From NCBI GenBank assembly GCA_010671905.1, contig JAAHII010000001.1:6098026-6162025 (forward strand): a stretch of 64,000 nucleotides of DNA. Reading direction: 5' to 3'. This DNA is from Leptolyngbya sp. SIOISBB (GTDB lineage: Bacteria; Cyanobacteriota; Cyanobacteriia; Phormidesmidales; Phormidesmidaceae). Shown here in pieces: positions 38,465 through 49,129 of this stretch; the first letter of the stretch is position 1, and the number at the start of each line of letters is the position of its first letter. Position numbers and translations under genes: made by a program. Below the pieces are notes generated by a model. The model saw only the letters and a program-made list of their open reading frames with translations, searched no databases and had not been told where the DNA came from.

Positions 38465-41400
38465 ATGCTCTGTGTCGTGACTGACTCTGAACATCAAACA
38501 CTCAAAGTTACCCGGTTTCTAAGCTCTCACCGACGTTTAAAAGCCTGGTTGGTGATTGCCGGGGCGGTTGCGATCGCCAGTGGGACTGGGGGCTGGCTGG
38601 GTTGGCTCAAACTGCAACAAAGCTTGCCTGATATGGTGAGCGATGAGTTGAGTGGGGCCTTGGGGCGGCCTATCAAGCTAGGCAAGCTAGAACGATTTAG
38701 CTTGACCGGGCTCCGCTTTGGCGAAACTATCTTGCCACCTACAGCAGAAAATTTTACGTGGGCCCGCGTCCAAAAAACAGATATTAAGCTCAATCCTTTT
38801 GATTTGTTGTTGAGGCGAACGTTTCGTCCTCATCTATTGTTCATTCGTCCCGAAGTTGCCATCAAACAACGCTTTGACCGCACCTGGGTGTTAGACACCC
38901 TCGACTCAGTGGATGAGGAAGGCAAAATCATCACTGAAATCGGCAGTATCCGCGTGCGCAATGCGACGATCGCACTGGGCCCCGTTACCCGCGGGCAGAT
39001 TGTCCAAGCCCCGGAGGGATTCTCCAGCGCTCAGCTTATTGTGTTGGAGAACGTTAATCATCATCTCCGCTTTTTTGGGGAGCAAAATGAGCAAGTTGCG
39101 CTCACTTTAGGCGGTCGCCTCAAAAATGGCACCTTTCAAATTAGCGGCGAGGGGAATCTTGAGACCCGCGAAGCAAATCTCAAGATTCGGGGCGCAAAGC
39201 TGAATATTGATACACTCAATCCTTTTCTCGGCGGTCACCTCTTTATGGGTAAAGGGTATGGCTATGCCAATCTGGAAATGGCAGTGCGCCCCAGTCAATC
39301 GCCTTCGATTGCAATGACAGGTACCGCGCGCTTACAAAATGGGGAAGCCCTAATTACAGGTTTGCCGAGCCATTTTGAAACTATTTATGGGCAACTGCAG
39401 TTTAATGAGCAGCAAGTCACCTTTGAGGACACCGATTTAAAGTTTGGACCGATCGCGGTACAGATTAAGGGTGACGTTTCTCTGCAAAAGGGCTTTCGGG
39501 TCAACATCAATGTTCCCGACATGAGTTTAGAGCAACTGGAAGCAGCCTTTGCCTACTCCTCACTGGTTGATGCCGCAGGGAGCTTAGAACTAACCACGCA
39601 AGTCACTGGGCCGTTGCGATCGCCTCGATTGTCTGGCCGTCTTACCAACCTCACCCCGATTCAGGTAGACCGCCTAGGACTGGAGCAAGTAACTGCCAAC
39701 TTCTCTGGCGATGCCAATACCCTCTCGTTAAATGCCTTAAGCATCATTCCGACAACTGGCGGCAGCATTACCGCTCAAGGCAACGTCGAGTTGGTTGAAA
39801 ATCCCTTAGTGACGCAGTCGCTACCACCCATAATCCTTAACATGAGGAGCAATGTTGATCTGCCTTTGACACCGCTCGCTGAATTGTATGGTGTCAACCT
39901 ACCCTTGCCACTAGGACGTTTGACGGCTGTCGCAGAAGCGACCGGGCCACTTTTAGATCCAGTCGGATGGCTTAACTGGCAACTGACAGACGGGATCGCC
40001 AGTGGATTAGGGCAGATAGACTACGCTGACAGTCGGGCGATCTTGGCAAACACTCGGTTGGCGATCGCCGACTCCGGGGTAGTCACAGCCGCTGGACAGG
40101 CCGATCTCGCCAGTGGCTTCCTCGATATCGAGGGTGACGCCCTCATTTCTCTAGACGAAATTGCCCAACAGGCTGCGATCGCCCTACCCACGGAGCTGAC
40201 CCTGGGTACGTTGACAACCCGTGCTAATGCTACTGGCCCAATTTTGAACCCCAAGGCTGAGGCGACTTGGCAACTGCGTGACGGGAATGTGCCCGGACAA
40301 GGGCGTTTAATTTATGCCGATGAAATTGCAACTCTCCGCGATACGGCTTTTGCTTTCGGAAGCGGTCGTTTGATCGCGACAGGAACTGCTGATCTAGCTG
40401 CTGATCGCTGGAATCTGAAGACATCAGGACAAGGTTTGCAACTCGGTGCTGTCTCCCCGCAGGTGTTAGGCGCTATCGATTTAGCGTTCTCAGCCTCTGG
40501 CACGCTAGCGAATTTGAGCCCAGCAGGTATGCAAGCTGAGGGGCGCTTAGATTCTTCGGCTGGTTTGCGGGTCTCGTTGATCGGCGATCGCCCCCTCGAC
40601 AGTGGCCCGCTAGCCGCAGCTTTTAATTGGGATGGCAGCATCCTGAGGATTCCTACAGTCGAGGGACTAGGGCTATCTGCTAGTGGACAACTGGTGACTC
40701 ACACTGATCCTCAAAGCGGCTGGCCGGTTCCCAGCGATTACGATTTCACTGCCCAGCTCGTCGATTTTGACTTGGCCCAGCTCAATCCGCTGCTACCAAC
40801 TACTGACTATGGTGTGCTGTTACAAGGACGACTTAATTTTGCTGGGACGCTACGGGGACCATCAGATGATCCTCAGTTGAACGGAGACGTCCTGCTCCGG
40901 GAAGCGGCGATCGGGGATTTTGCTTTCCTTTCAGACGTTACAGGCCCGATTAACCTGTCCCCGCGCCAGGGTGTCAACCTGAACTTGGTTGGAGAGACAA
41001 CTGAAATACGGGCAATTGTTGGGGCCGATTTATGGCCAGTTGACCTACGCTTTCAGAATGGCTCTGTGTTAGCTACGGCTCAGCGACAGGGAGATTCCCT
41101 AATCGGTCAAGTTCGTGATTTTCCGATCGGAGCCCTGGGTTTGCAACCAGTGCCGGAATCTGACTTGGGCATGGTCGGCGGCACGCTCAGCAGTGACTTT
41201 GAGGCCCGTCTGACTAATTTATTTAGTAACCCGACTGCCAGCGCTAGCTTTGCGATTAATCGTCCCGCTTGGGGGATTTATCGCGCCACTGCCCTGAACG
41301 GGGACTTACGACTTACGGATGGCAGAATCACCCTCCAAGATACTTTTTTGGCATTGCCGAACAGCCAGTTTGCTCTTGCAGCAACGGCAAATGTGCGATC

Positions 41401-43663
41401 GCCGTTCTCCGCTGAAGTCAATCTCACGACGGCTGAGGCCCACATTTCAGATATTTTGGCCACGTTACAAATTGACGAGCTGGCTGACTTGAGAGCAATC
41501 CTTGCGCCTCCTAATTTACGCAACGCTGCGGATCTAGAGACTGTGCCCATCATCACTGATCCCCAAAACTTTCCTGAGCAATTAGAGCGAGCGACTGCCG
41601 CTAGAGCCTTACAAGAAGAACAAGGGACTACTGCAACTCAGCAATTACTGCCCCCACTCTCAGATTTGGCGGGTACATTTTCCGCCGATATTTCCTTAGC
41701 AACCTCCGAGGTAGATGGACTGAAAGCAGCCTTTGATGTCCACGGTCAAAACTGGAATTGGGGACAGTACGTTGCTGCTAATCAGTTGGTGGCGCGAGGG
41801 ACATTACGCGATCAAGTCTTGACACTGTCACCCATTCGCCTCACCTCAGGTGATGCTTTTCTGAACCTGGTAGGCCAATTAGGCCGCGAGGATTTGGTAA
41901 CAGAACTCCAGATTGCCAACGTTGACTTAGCCCCAATTGCAGAGTGGCTATCTTTGCCTGTGCCTATCCAAGGGCAAGTAAATGCCCTCGCCACCCTCAG
42001 CGGCGATTTGGATAACCCGACGATGCTGGGCACTTGGACGATTGTTGATGCTGCTGCTAATCACTATCCGCTGGCAATTGATAGTGAATTCAGCTACCGC
42101 GATGCTTGGCTGCGATTTAGCACTCGGGTTCAAGGTGAACCGGATGAACCGTTAATCGTGCAAGGGCAAATTCCTTATGCTTTGCCCTTTATGGCAACGC
42201 TGCCCAGCAGCAATGAATTGTTGGTAAGGGCCAGTTTGGGGAGCGGTGGTTTTGCCTTGCTTGATATGTTTGCTCCTTATATCGCCTGGGGGGATGGCGA
42301 TGGCAGTTTACTTATTGAAGCTCAAGGCCCAATCGAGCAACCTGCTGTGCAAGGTCGTATCAATTTCCAAGACGCCCAGGTAACGAGCGACTTTTTAGGA
42401 GAATCGCTCACCCATCTCAATGGCTCGATTGGGTTTGAAGGCGATCGCTTGCTCGTTAGTGGGTTACAAGGTTCTTTACTCAATGGTCAGTTTGACCTCC
42501 GGGGAGAACTTCCCTTTGTGAATGCTACGGCTCGGACTCAACCGGCAACCCACCCCTTAACGTTGGGGCTGAATGCGCTCGATTTCAATTTTGAGAATGA
42601 AATTGTCAGCACGATTGAAGGCACTGTCGTGGTGAGTCACTCTTTGCAGTCTCCGGTGCTCGGTGGTGGAATCACCCTTCGGGGCGTCCGTATCAATCCT
42701 GGCGGACAGAGTTTCAAAATCGCTAATTTCTTACTCTCAGATCCACCACTCACTAGCGTTCTGACCGACGTTGAGCAGCGATTGGTAACTGTAGGGCTGA
42801 GTAAAAGGTTCTCTACAGGCAATTTTGACGACTTTCGCATTGAGATTGCTGATACTGCCGAAATCCGGATTTATCCGGTTTTGCAAACCGACCTCACTGG
42901 ACAAGTCGCTTTGTCAGGGCCACTCGTTAAACCTAAGGGTGATGGCTATCTTGAGCTGCTGGATGGTTGGGTCAATACGATTACCACGACTCTATTTCTT
43001 GTAACTGGTGATCGCCGCAATCTCATCACTCTCAATTCTGATCAGGGCTTCGATCCCCATATTGATGTCCTATACCAAGGAGAATTACCGCTCCAGCGTC
43101 AGCTAGACTTGCCATCACCCGATTTATATGGCCTGGGTAATACCGCTGAGATTCCCGAGCTTGATCCCCTCGCCGGTCTGACTCTGTTCGATGAAATTTT
43201 GATTCAGGCAGAACTCGATGGTTATTTGAGTGACGGGCTTGCTCTTCTCGACTTGACGAGTACACCTGATTACCCTGAAGACCGCTTAGTCGGGATGTTG
43301 TCGGGTGGATATTTAGCTGATTTGCCAGCGGGTGAACCGGTTGTAGCAGCCAGTGCTAACCTTCTGTTTGCTTTATTTACCCAGCAGCAAGAGGCCATCG
43401 GTGACACATTAGGAATACGACACTTTCGGTTGGATGCAACTACGACCATTCCACAAGAAGACGGTGATCTGTTTGGGGTGGGGTTCGGCATCAACGCAGA
43501 CATTACCAAACTCTTTTCGGCTCAATTATTGCAATTGCTTAACCGCGATCAGCCTTACCAATTAAATTTGCGATATCGCCTCAATAACGAAGTCAATTTT
43601 GGCGCATCGACAGATTTTTCTGATGACAGCCGGTTCTTCTTACAGTACCGAACCAGCTTTTAG
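38465..43663 (+). CDS. tamB: Translocation and assembly module protein TamB (DUF490; TIC236-like)
   Basis: 1732 aa with an N-terminal TM anchor, a long repetitive beta-rich body and a C-terminal DUF490-like end ...FFLQYRTSF. Confidence 0.8.
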   Translation: MLCVVTDSEHQTLKVTRFLSSHRRLKAWLVIAGAVAIASGTGGWLGWLKLQQSLPDMVSDELSGALGRPIKLGKLERFSLTGLRFGETILPPTAENFTWARVQKTDIKLNPFDLLLRRTFRPHLLFIRPEVAIKQRFDRTWVLDTLDSVDEEGKIITEIGSIRVRNATIALGPVTRGQIVQAPEGFSSAQLIVLENVNHHLRFFGEQNEQVALTLGGRLKNGTFQISGEGNLETREANLKIRGAKLNIDTLNPFLGGHLFMGKGYGYANLEMAVRPSQSPSIAMTGTARLQNGEALITGLPSHFETIYGQLQFNEQQVTFEDTDLKFGPIAVQIKGDVSLQKGFRVNINVPDMSLEQLEAAFAYSSLVDAAGSLELTTQVTGPLRSPRLSGRLTNLTPIQVDRLGLEQVTANFSGDANTLSLNALSIIPTTGGSITAQGNVELVENPLVTQSLPPIILNMRSNVDLPLTPLAELYGVNLPLPLGRLTAVAEATGPLLDPVGWLNWQLTDGIASGLGQIDYADSRAILANTRLAIADSGVVTAAGQADLASGFLDIEGDALISLDEIAQQAAIALPTELTLGTLTTRANATGPILNPKAEATWQLRDGNVPGQGRLIYADEIATLRDTAFAFGSGRLIATGTADLAADRWNLKTSGQGLQLGAVSPQVLGAIDLAFSASGTLANLSPAGMQAEGRLDSSAGLRVSLIGDRPLDSGPLAAAFNWDGSILRIPTVEGLGLSASGQLVTHTDPQSGWPVPSDYDFTAQLVDFDLAQLNPLLPTTDYGVLLQGRLNFAGTLRGPSDDPQLNGDVLLREAAIGDFAFLSDVTGPINLSPRQGVNLNLVGETTEIRAIVGADLWPVDLRFQNGSVLATAQRQGDSLIGQVRDFPIGALGLQPVPESDLGMVGGTLSSDFEARLTNLFSNPTASASFAINRPAWGIYRATALNGDLRLTDGRITLQDTFLALPNSQFALAATANVRSPFSAEVNLTTAEAHISDILATLQIDELADLRAILAPPNLRNAADLETVPIITDPQNFPEQLERATAARALQEEQGTTATQQLLPPLSDLAGTFSADISLATSEVDGLKAAFDVHGQNWNWGQYVAANQLVARGTLRDQVLTLSPIRLTSGDAFLNLVGQLGREDLVTELQIANVDLAPIAEWLSLPVPIQGQVNALATLSGDLDNPTMLGTWTIVDAAANHYPLAIDSEFSYRDAWLRFSTRVQGEPDEPLIVQGQIPYALPFMATLPSSNELLVRASLGSGGFALLDMFAPYIAWGDGDGSLLIEAQGPIEQPAVQGRINFQDAQVTSDFLGESLTHLNGSIGFEGDRLLVSGLQGSLLNGQFDLRGELPFVNATARTQPATHPLTLGLNALDFNFENEIVSTIEGTVVVSHSLQSPVLGGGITLRGVRINPGGQSFKIANFLLSDPPLTSVLTDVEQRLVTVGLSKRFSTGNFDDFRIEIADTAEIRIYPVLQTDLTGQVALSGPLVKPKGDGYLELLDGWVNTITTTLFLVTGDRRNLITLNSDQGFDPHIDVLYQGELPLQRQLDLPSPDLYGLGNTAEIPELDPLAGLTLFDEILIQAELDGYLSDGLALLDLTSTPDYPEDRLVGMLSGGYLADLPAGEPVVAASANLLFALFTQQQEAIGDTLGIRHFRLDATTTIPQEDGDLFGVGFGINADITKLFSAQLLQLLNRDQPYQLNLRYRLNNEVNFGASTDFSDDSRFFLQYRTSF

Positions 43664-43732
43664 CCATATTTCGGCAAAGTGAGGGGTGGGCAACCGATAC
43701 AATAAGAGCCTCTGCTGACATCGATTGCTCTT

Positions 43733-44503
43733 ATGGAAGTTATCCCTGCTATTGATTTGCTCGAAGGCCGCTGCGTTCGCCTATATCAGGGCGATTACAA
43801 TCAGTCTGAAGTGTTCAATGACAATCCAGTTGAGGTCGCTCGGCGCTGGGCTGATGAAGGGGCGACCCGGCTGCATCTTGTTGACTTGGACGGGGCCAAA
43901 GCAGGCAAACCCGAAAATAGTCAGGCGATCGCGGCGATCGCCGCAGCAATCAATATTCCCATTGAAGTCGGAGGCGGTCTACGCGATCGTGAGCGGGTCG
44001 CAGCACTCTTTGATCTTGGTGTGCAATACGCCATTCTAGGAACAGCTGCGGTGGAAAATCCCGACTTAGTTAGTAACCTGAGCCGCGAATTTCCAGAACA
44101 AATTATCGTCGGGATCGATGCCCGTGACGGTAAAGTCGCTACCCGTGGCTGGCTCGAAACCTCAGAGTTGGATGCGATCGCGCTGGCTCAAGACATGACC
44201 AAACGCGGCGCTGCTGCCGTCATTTACACTGACATCAAGCGAGACGGCACCCTTAAAGGCCCCAATATGGCCGCGCTGAGGGCGATCGCTGAAGCTACTT
44301 CAATTCCCATCATTGCGTCCGGTGGTATGAGTTCAGTTACTGATTTATTGAGCCTCCTCACCTTAGAGCGTTTAGGTGTCAGCGGTGCGATTATTGGCAA
44401 GGCTCTCTATACCGGCGATATTGTTCTCAAAGAAGCGCTACGCGCGATCGGGCCCGGTCGATGGCAAGATGTACCGACAGACTCAGGTTCTTCCTTTGCC
44501 TAA
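43733..44503 (+). CDS. hisA: ProFAR isomerase (1-(5-phosphoribosyl)-5-[(5-phosphoribosylamino)methylideneamino]imidazole-4-carboxamide isomerase)
   Basis: [31 protein letters not shown] and IASGGMSS motifs. Confidence 0.95.
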   Translation: MEVIPAIDLLEGRCVRLYQGDYNQSEVFNDNPVEVARRWADEGATRLHLVDLDGAKAGKPENSQAIAAIAAAINIPIEVGGGLRDRERVAALFDLGVQYAILGTAAVENPDLVSNLSREFPEQIIVGIDARDGKVATRGWLETSELDAIALAQDMTKRGAAAVIYTDIKRDGTLKGPNMAALRAIAEATSIPIIASGGMSSVTDLLSLLTLERLGVSGAIIGKALYTGDIVLKEALRAIGPGRWQDVPTDSGSSFA

Positions 44504-44511
44504 CACCCTTT

Positions 44512-44557
44512 AAAAACCACCAAAGGTTCGCCATATGGCGAACCTTTGGTGGTTTTT
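44512..44557. terminator. Bidirectional rho-independent terminator
   Basis: aaaaaccaccaaaggttcgcca ta tggcgaacctttggtggttttt is a near-perfect 22-bp-arm palindrome with A/T tracts on both sides, lying between convergent genes. Confidence 0.85.
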
Positions 44558-44579
44558 AACATCGCCGACTCATCCATCT

Positions 44580-44993
44580 CTAGCCATTGCCTGACTGGGA
44601 CTTCAGGGTCTCAATTTCTTGGCGCAGAGTCGATAGTTCTTGAGTCAGGGTCTCCAATTCAGTTTGCACAGAGGCATCAGCCACTGGACTCGCATAGGTA
44701 TCAACTATGGCCTCCGAGGCTGGGGGTTGAACAAATGGATTTGGCATTTGCCCGACCTGACTCATCAAAGAATCGACAACAGCACGAGCTTCTCGCTCTG
44801 CATCAGTCCCTTTGGCTTCTAGTTCTTGGGTCAACACCTCGAAATCAGAAATATTGCCAAACTTTTCTTGAGAAGCTTGCGGATCCCGCAACGCATCCAT
44901 TAAAGAGGCTGTTGCTCCGAGGGTAACGCGTACCCCTTTCTGAATAGTCTCGGTCAGCGTTTCTGGATTCATCAGCAGCCGTTGAACCTCCAT
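44580..44993 (-). CDS. Hypothetical coiled-coil protein
   Basis: 137-aa ORF with acidic helical composition and a C-terminal heptad-like LETLTQELSTLRQEIETLK. Confidence 0.5.
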   Translation of the reverse strand: MEVQRLLMNPETLTETIQKGVRVTLGATASLMDALRDPQASQEKFGNISDFEVLTQELEAKGTDAEREARAVVDSLMSQVGQMPNPFVQPPASEAIVDTYASPVADASVQTELETLTQELSTLRQEIETLKSQSGNG

Positions 44994-45283
44994 ATGCTGT
45001 CATCACTGTTTCGAAATTGATTCTAGCGTGGAGTGGACTTAACGTAGAGGCTGCCTCGATACCATGGAGCGCATAACTTAGCCAATCCCTCATGCATGAG
45101 GCGACAAATCAGCCTAATCATTGCTGGAGGATTAGTCTCTTACGAATTAGCGCCGGTAGTAAATAGCCAAGCGATAATGACTAAAGTGCCACAGCAATTC
45201 CATGTGACTGAACATCCTTTCGGGGGCAATCGGCAAGATTTTTCTGTCTTACCTGGGTAAAGCTGCGATCTCAAATCAAGATG

Positions 45284-45373
45284 TTAATTTTTAGTGATCA
45301 AAGAAAGCGCAATCACTACAAGAGCGATCGCTGCATCCGAAATGAAGAAGCCAGCTATTTTATTGCTACTCAT
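45284..45373 (-). CDS. Candidate 29-aa single-TM peptide (not in the ORF track)
   Basis: ATG...TAA reads MSSNKIAGFFISDAAIALVVIALSLITKN. There is no clear RBS and it lies in an AT-rich spacer. Confidence 0.2.
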   Translation of the reverse strand: MSSNKIAGFFISDAAIALVVIALSLITKN

Positions 45374-45675
45374 TCACATAAATTACTTGATTTATTTTTT
45401 GGGTGGAAACTTGGAAATAAAGGTCGCGTAGTTTCTTTCTGCTGCAGCATCGGTCAAAGTGCAAAATGATCGCCTGTCGAGTCACAGGATGCGGCGATTG
45501 CCAATCCACTCAGCATCAAGCGAGTTTCAAAGGCCCCAGCAAAATCGACATTAATGGGGCAATAGTCCCTCTCTACTTACAGAAAGAAATTTACGCAGTG
45601 CAGTGTTTACGATTTAGGTGACTCACCTGTCGATATTGCTTTGACAGGTATTAAGTCTCTATCCAGGAGATCACA

Positions 45676-47364
45676 ATGACATTGAATAGACGTGAAATTC
45701 TACAATTAGGGTTATTGGGTAGTGGCGCATTCTTAGCTCCTTTTGTGCCGCAAAAACCTGCCGATGCGGCTCCCTTTAGTCCTCAGATTTCTCGTTTTGA
45801 AGTGCCTTTGCCGATTCCCCCGGTGTTATCTCCCGCTTATTCTGACGAGACGACCGATTACTACGAAATCAAAATCCAGAAAGCCCGCGTCGAAATCCTC
45901 CCCGGCACCACGACTGAAATTTGGGGCTACAACGGCTTATTTCCGGGACCTACCATCCGTCAGCAGGGCGGCAACCCCAATACCGAAGGGCGACAGTCGG
46001 TAGTTCGCTTTATCAATGAACTGGGTAAAGATGAGCACGACTGCGACATTAATGCCGTAATTCACTTACACGGCATGGCCTCACTGCCTCAGTACGATGG
46101 CTTTGCCACGGACTTTGTGCCTCCTGGCCATTTTAAGGACTATATCTATCCCAACGATCGCGCCGCGACCATTTGGTATCACGACCATGCCATTGATCAA
46201 ACGGCTCGCAATGTCTACCAGGGGTTGGCGGGCATGTATATCGTGGAGGATGAATTTGAACGGAATCTACCCCTGCCCAAGGGACAGTACGACGTGCCGC
46301 TGCTGATTCGAGATGCGTTCTTTGAGCAAATCGGCACCGAGGCTAAACTCGTCTTTGACGATCGCGATCGCCGCAGCACCTACGGGGATGTCGCCCTCGT
46401 GAACGGCGTCCCCTGGCCTCGGATGGCAGTAGCCAACCGCAAGTATCGTTTTCGCTTACTCAATATTTCACCCTCGCGAGGATTTCAGTTGGCATTGAGC
46501 CGCGATCTCAATCGCCTGACCTTAGGGGAAAAAATGGTCGTGATTGCCAGTGACGGCGGGTTACTCGAAACCCCGGTGGAGCTCAGCACCCCTTACCAGA
46601 AGCTCAAGCTGGGAATGGCCGAGCGCTACGAAATTATCATTGACTTCAGTCAATATGAGATCGGAGAGTCAGTTTACCTAAAAAATATTGGCTTTTCTGG
46701 AAGTATTGATAGCGACACCCGCATCCATACCTTGATGCGTTTCGATGTGATGAGAGACGAACCCGACGATAGTGTCATTCCGAAAAAACTCAGAGAAGTT
46801 AAGCGACTGTCAGTCGCTGATGCTGACAGAACTCGTACATTTAGATTCGAGCGAAGTTTTGACCAATGGCTGATTAACGGTAAGGGCTGGAATGAAAATC
46901 GAGTCGACGCAAATCCAGGACTCGGGGACATTGAAATTTGGGAATTCGTCAACCCTGGTAGCGGCTGGTTCCACCCAATCCATGTTCATCTTATTGACAT
47001 GCAAATGCTGGATCGCAATGGCATGCCTGTCCGTCCCTACGAGCAAGGCTGGAAGGATGTTTTCCACCTAGGAGAGTTCGAAAAAGTTCGCGTCATTGGG
47101 GAATTTGGCCCCCGCAATCCAGAGTTCATGAAGCGCTTTATTCATGGCAAGTTCATGATGCACTGCCATAACTTAGTGCATGAAGATCACTCAATGATGA
47201 CGGTGTTTGAGGTCGGCGACAACGGCGATGAACCCAAGAGTGCACCCGCCCAAAGCATCACTGAAATGAAATCTTTTGAAGCCACGTATCCCTCACCACC
47301 CGATGTTTACGATATGGCCGCGATCGAAGAGTTTGACGAGGAACTCTACGGAAAGGGGCGGTAA
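45676..47364 (+). CDS. Multicopper oxidase (laccase/CotA-like) with Tat signal
   Basis: NRREILQLG twin-arginine leader. Copper motifs HLHG, WYHDH, HPIHVHL and HCHNLVHEDHSMM. Confidence 0.92.
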   Translation: MTLNRREILQLGLLGSGAFLAPFVPQKPADAAPFSPQISRFEVPLPIPPVLSPAYSDETTDYYEIKIQKARVEILPGTTTEIWGYNGLFPGPTIRQQGGNPNTEGRQSVVRFINELGKDEHDCDINAVIHLHGMASLPQYDGFATDFVPPGHFKDYIYPNDRAATIWYHDHAIDQTARNVYQGLAGMYIVEDEFERNLPLPKGQYDVPLLIRDAFFEQIGTEAKLVFDDRDRRSTYGDVALVNGVPWPRMAVANRKYRFRLLNISPSRGFQLALSRDLNRLTLGEKMVVIASDGGLLETPVELSTPYQKLKLGMAERYEIIIDFSQYEIGESVYLKNIGFSGSIDSDTRIHTLMRFDVMRDEPDDSVIPKKLREVKRLSVADADRTRTFRFERSFDQWLINGKGWNENRVDANPGLGDIEIWEFVNPGSGWFHPIHVHLIDMQMLDRNGMPVRPYEQGWKDVFHLGEFEKVRVIGEFGPRNPEFMKRFIHGKFMMHCHNLVHEDHSMMTVFEVGDNGDEPKSAPAQSITEMKSFEATYPSPPDVYDMAAIEEFDEELYGKGR

Positions 47365-47616
47365 TCAGCATGTGCATAACACAAAATTTACTGTGCTAAT
47401 GAAGTTACGAATACGGAGGCAATCATCATGAAAAATAATAAACACGAAACTCAAAAAGCACTACTAACATGACAGGTGAAACGGACTTTTCTGCCTTTTA
47501 TAGGACTGTTTGCATAGGTCACCTCCCTCAGAATCCTGGAGCAAATTATTATATCCAATGGAGAGATAGAGAAACGAGCAATCCATGGAAAAGGAATGGC
47601 ACAAGGGAATATATAT

Positions 47617-47670
47617 AGGAAATACGGAATAGGAAATACGGAATAGGAAATACGGAATAGGAAATACGGA
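47617..47670. repeat. Tandem 14-mer repeat (aggaaatacggaat x 3.9)
   Basis: Perfect head-to-tail copies at 47617, 47631 and 47645, plus a partial copy at 47659. Confidence 0.9.
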
Positions 47671-47698
47671 CAAAAAAGGCGGCAAGTTCAGATTTGAT

Positions 47699-48115
47699 CT
47701 ACGCAATACTTTGATGATTGAGGTAAGAAGTTGCAGGTACATCACCCAGGATGCGGTCCTTCAGCCACTCGCGGAATAGTTTCGCGAATTCCAGTAACCA
47801 ACCCAGGCACCAAAGCACAAAACTAACAACTACCAGGGCCAAAAACGTAATCATCATCACGCTCAAGTAAAGGGTAATGATCGCCAGTGGCCCTCTCTTT
47901 TCGTACTCGCTTCTGGACTCTGACCCCGACATAAATCCAGGGGCGCAGAGATTGGCCAGCACGTAGGAACCTAGCCAACAAACCCCCAGCCCTTGAACGT
48001 GATATTGCTCCAGAGCTGAATAAATCCCTGAATAGTAGGGAATGAGTAAGCCTACCGGCAGCAGCGAAAGCCCTAGCAGTACGAAAATCAGACCTCTCCG
48101 GACAGTTGGATTCAT
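47699..48115 (-). CDS. Hypothetical membrane protein
   Basis: 138 aa with about four hydrophobic segments. No recognisable motif. Confidence 0.5.
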   Translation of the reverse strand: MNPTVRRGLIFVLLGLSLLPVGLLIPYYSGIYSALEQYHVQGLGVCWLGSYVLANLCAPGFMSGSESRSEYEKRGPLAIITLYLSVMMITFLALVVVSFVLWCLGWLLEFAKLFREWLKDRILGDVPATSYLNHQSIA

Positions 48116-48575
48116 CAGGACTTGTGAAAGCGAGCTTTTCGCTTAGAGCACCCAGAAAATGGACTGGCATACACCAGAGTGAACTGAGAAGTGACCTCTC
48201 TACTGTACTGGCGAAATGCGATTAACAAATTGCTTAGGGTTGTTAGATTAAGGCCTTGAGCTCACTCTTCCATCTGGCTCTCTCGTTGATGATCTGACCG
48301 TAGCGCGACAGTTTTACGGCGAGTTGCTGGGCTGTCGTGAGGGGTGAAGTGCTAACATCTGGGTCGATTTTGATTTTTTCGGACCTCAGCTCTCACTCCA
48401 CTTGGGACAGTCGTGTCCGTTAGCCGCATCGGGGCGTGTAGATCGCCACTCAGTAACGCTGTCCTATTTCGGCGTCATTTTGGAAATGGCAGTTTGGCAG
48501 GCGATCGCTCCAATAGGTAGGGCCGGTTGAGTTACCTAACTCTACGCCAATGCAAACGGGAAAAAGAGTACCGAT

Positions 48576-48614
48576 ACAGGAGCATTTTAGGGTTGTCTGT
48601 AACTCCTGTTTTTT
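48576..48614 (+). terminator. Orphan terminator-like hairpin in an ORF-poor spacer
   Basis: acaggag ... ctcctgt stem followed by tttttt. No plus-strand ORF lies upstream. Confidence 0.3.
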
Positions 48615-49129
48615 AGTCAAGGATAAATTGAACAAGTATCAGAAAAACATCCTTACCAATTACTTAAAGAAGTCAACATAACAGAAAAATGAATTTAAAA
48701 TAATGGCAGCACCCAGAGCGGTTCCATTGAGAGATTTCTCAGTGTTGTTCGAGCCTGTATGGAGGTGTTTCGATGATTACTGCAATGACTTCACGCCCTG
48801 CTATCTCGAAACCATAGCTCCCAGCCAACTAAAGTGAGAAAATATCAAAAACCTGATTGGATGCTGCCATGTTTGATGACGTTTCAGACGTTAAATCGAT
48901 ATTAAACCTCCTATTTAACGTGGACTGAACGGTCATTTGAAGTCGAAGCTCATCGCTTCTTGATTACTAGAGTACTCCCATTAGAATCGGTTCTATCTAA
49001 CTGCAAACAAAGTTTATTGTTTTCTGCTAGAGACTATTTTTAGACCGACCTTTTTCAGCGTAAAGCCAATCAATCAGTGACGTTGTGATTGGCTATCTGC
49101 CCCAGCAAACCGCTTGCTGGCCAAGAGAT

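Noticed and set aside
45281-45469. 62-aa plus-strand ORF upstream of the multicopper oxidase
   Set aside because: Lys/Arg/Ser-rich translation of AT-rich DNA with no motif. The opposite strand holds a more protein-like, though still weak, 29-aa hydrophobic ORF.
47617-47670. Possible CRISPR array
   Set aside because: Units are 14 nt and directly abutting with no spacers, and no cas genes are nearby. It is a simple tandem repeat. No other regularly spaced repeats of 25-40 nt were seen in the window.
47464-47745. 93-aa minus-strand ORF spanning the 14-mer tandem repeat
   Set aside because: The translation is dominated by the repeat (FPIPYFLFRISYSVFPIYIP) and by AT-rich filler. It overlaps the 3' end of the membrane-protein gene. 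Not credible as coding.
48450-48635. 61-aa minus-strand ORF in the AT-rich spacer
   Set aside because: Implausible composition (MFNLSLTKKQELQTTLKCSCIGTLFPVC...). It overlaps the orphan hairpin and shows no RBS. Treated as noise within a decaying region.
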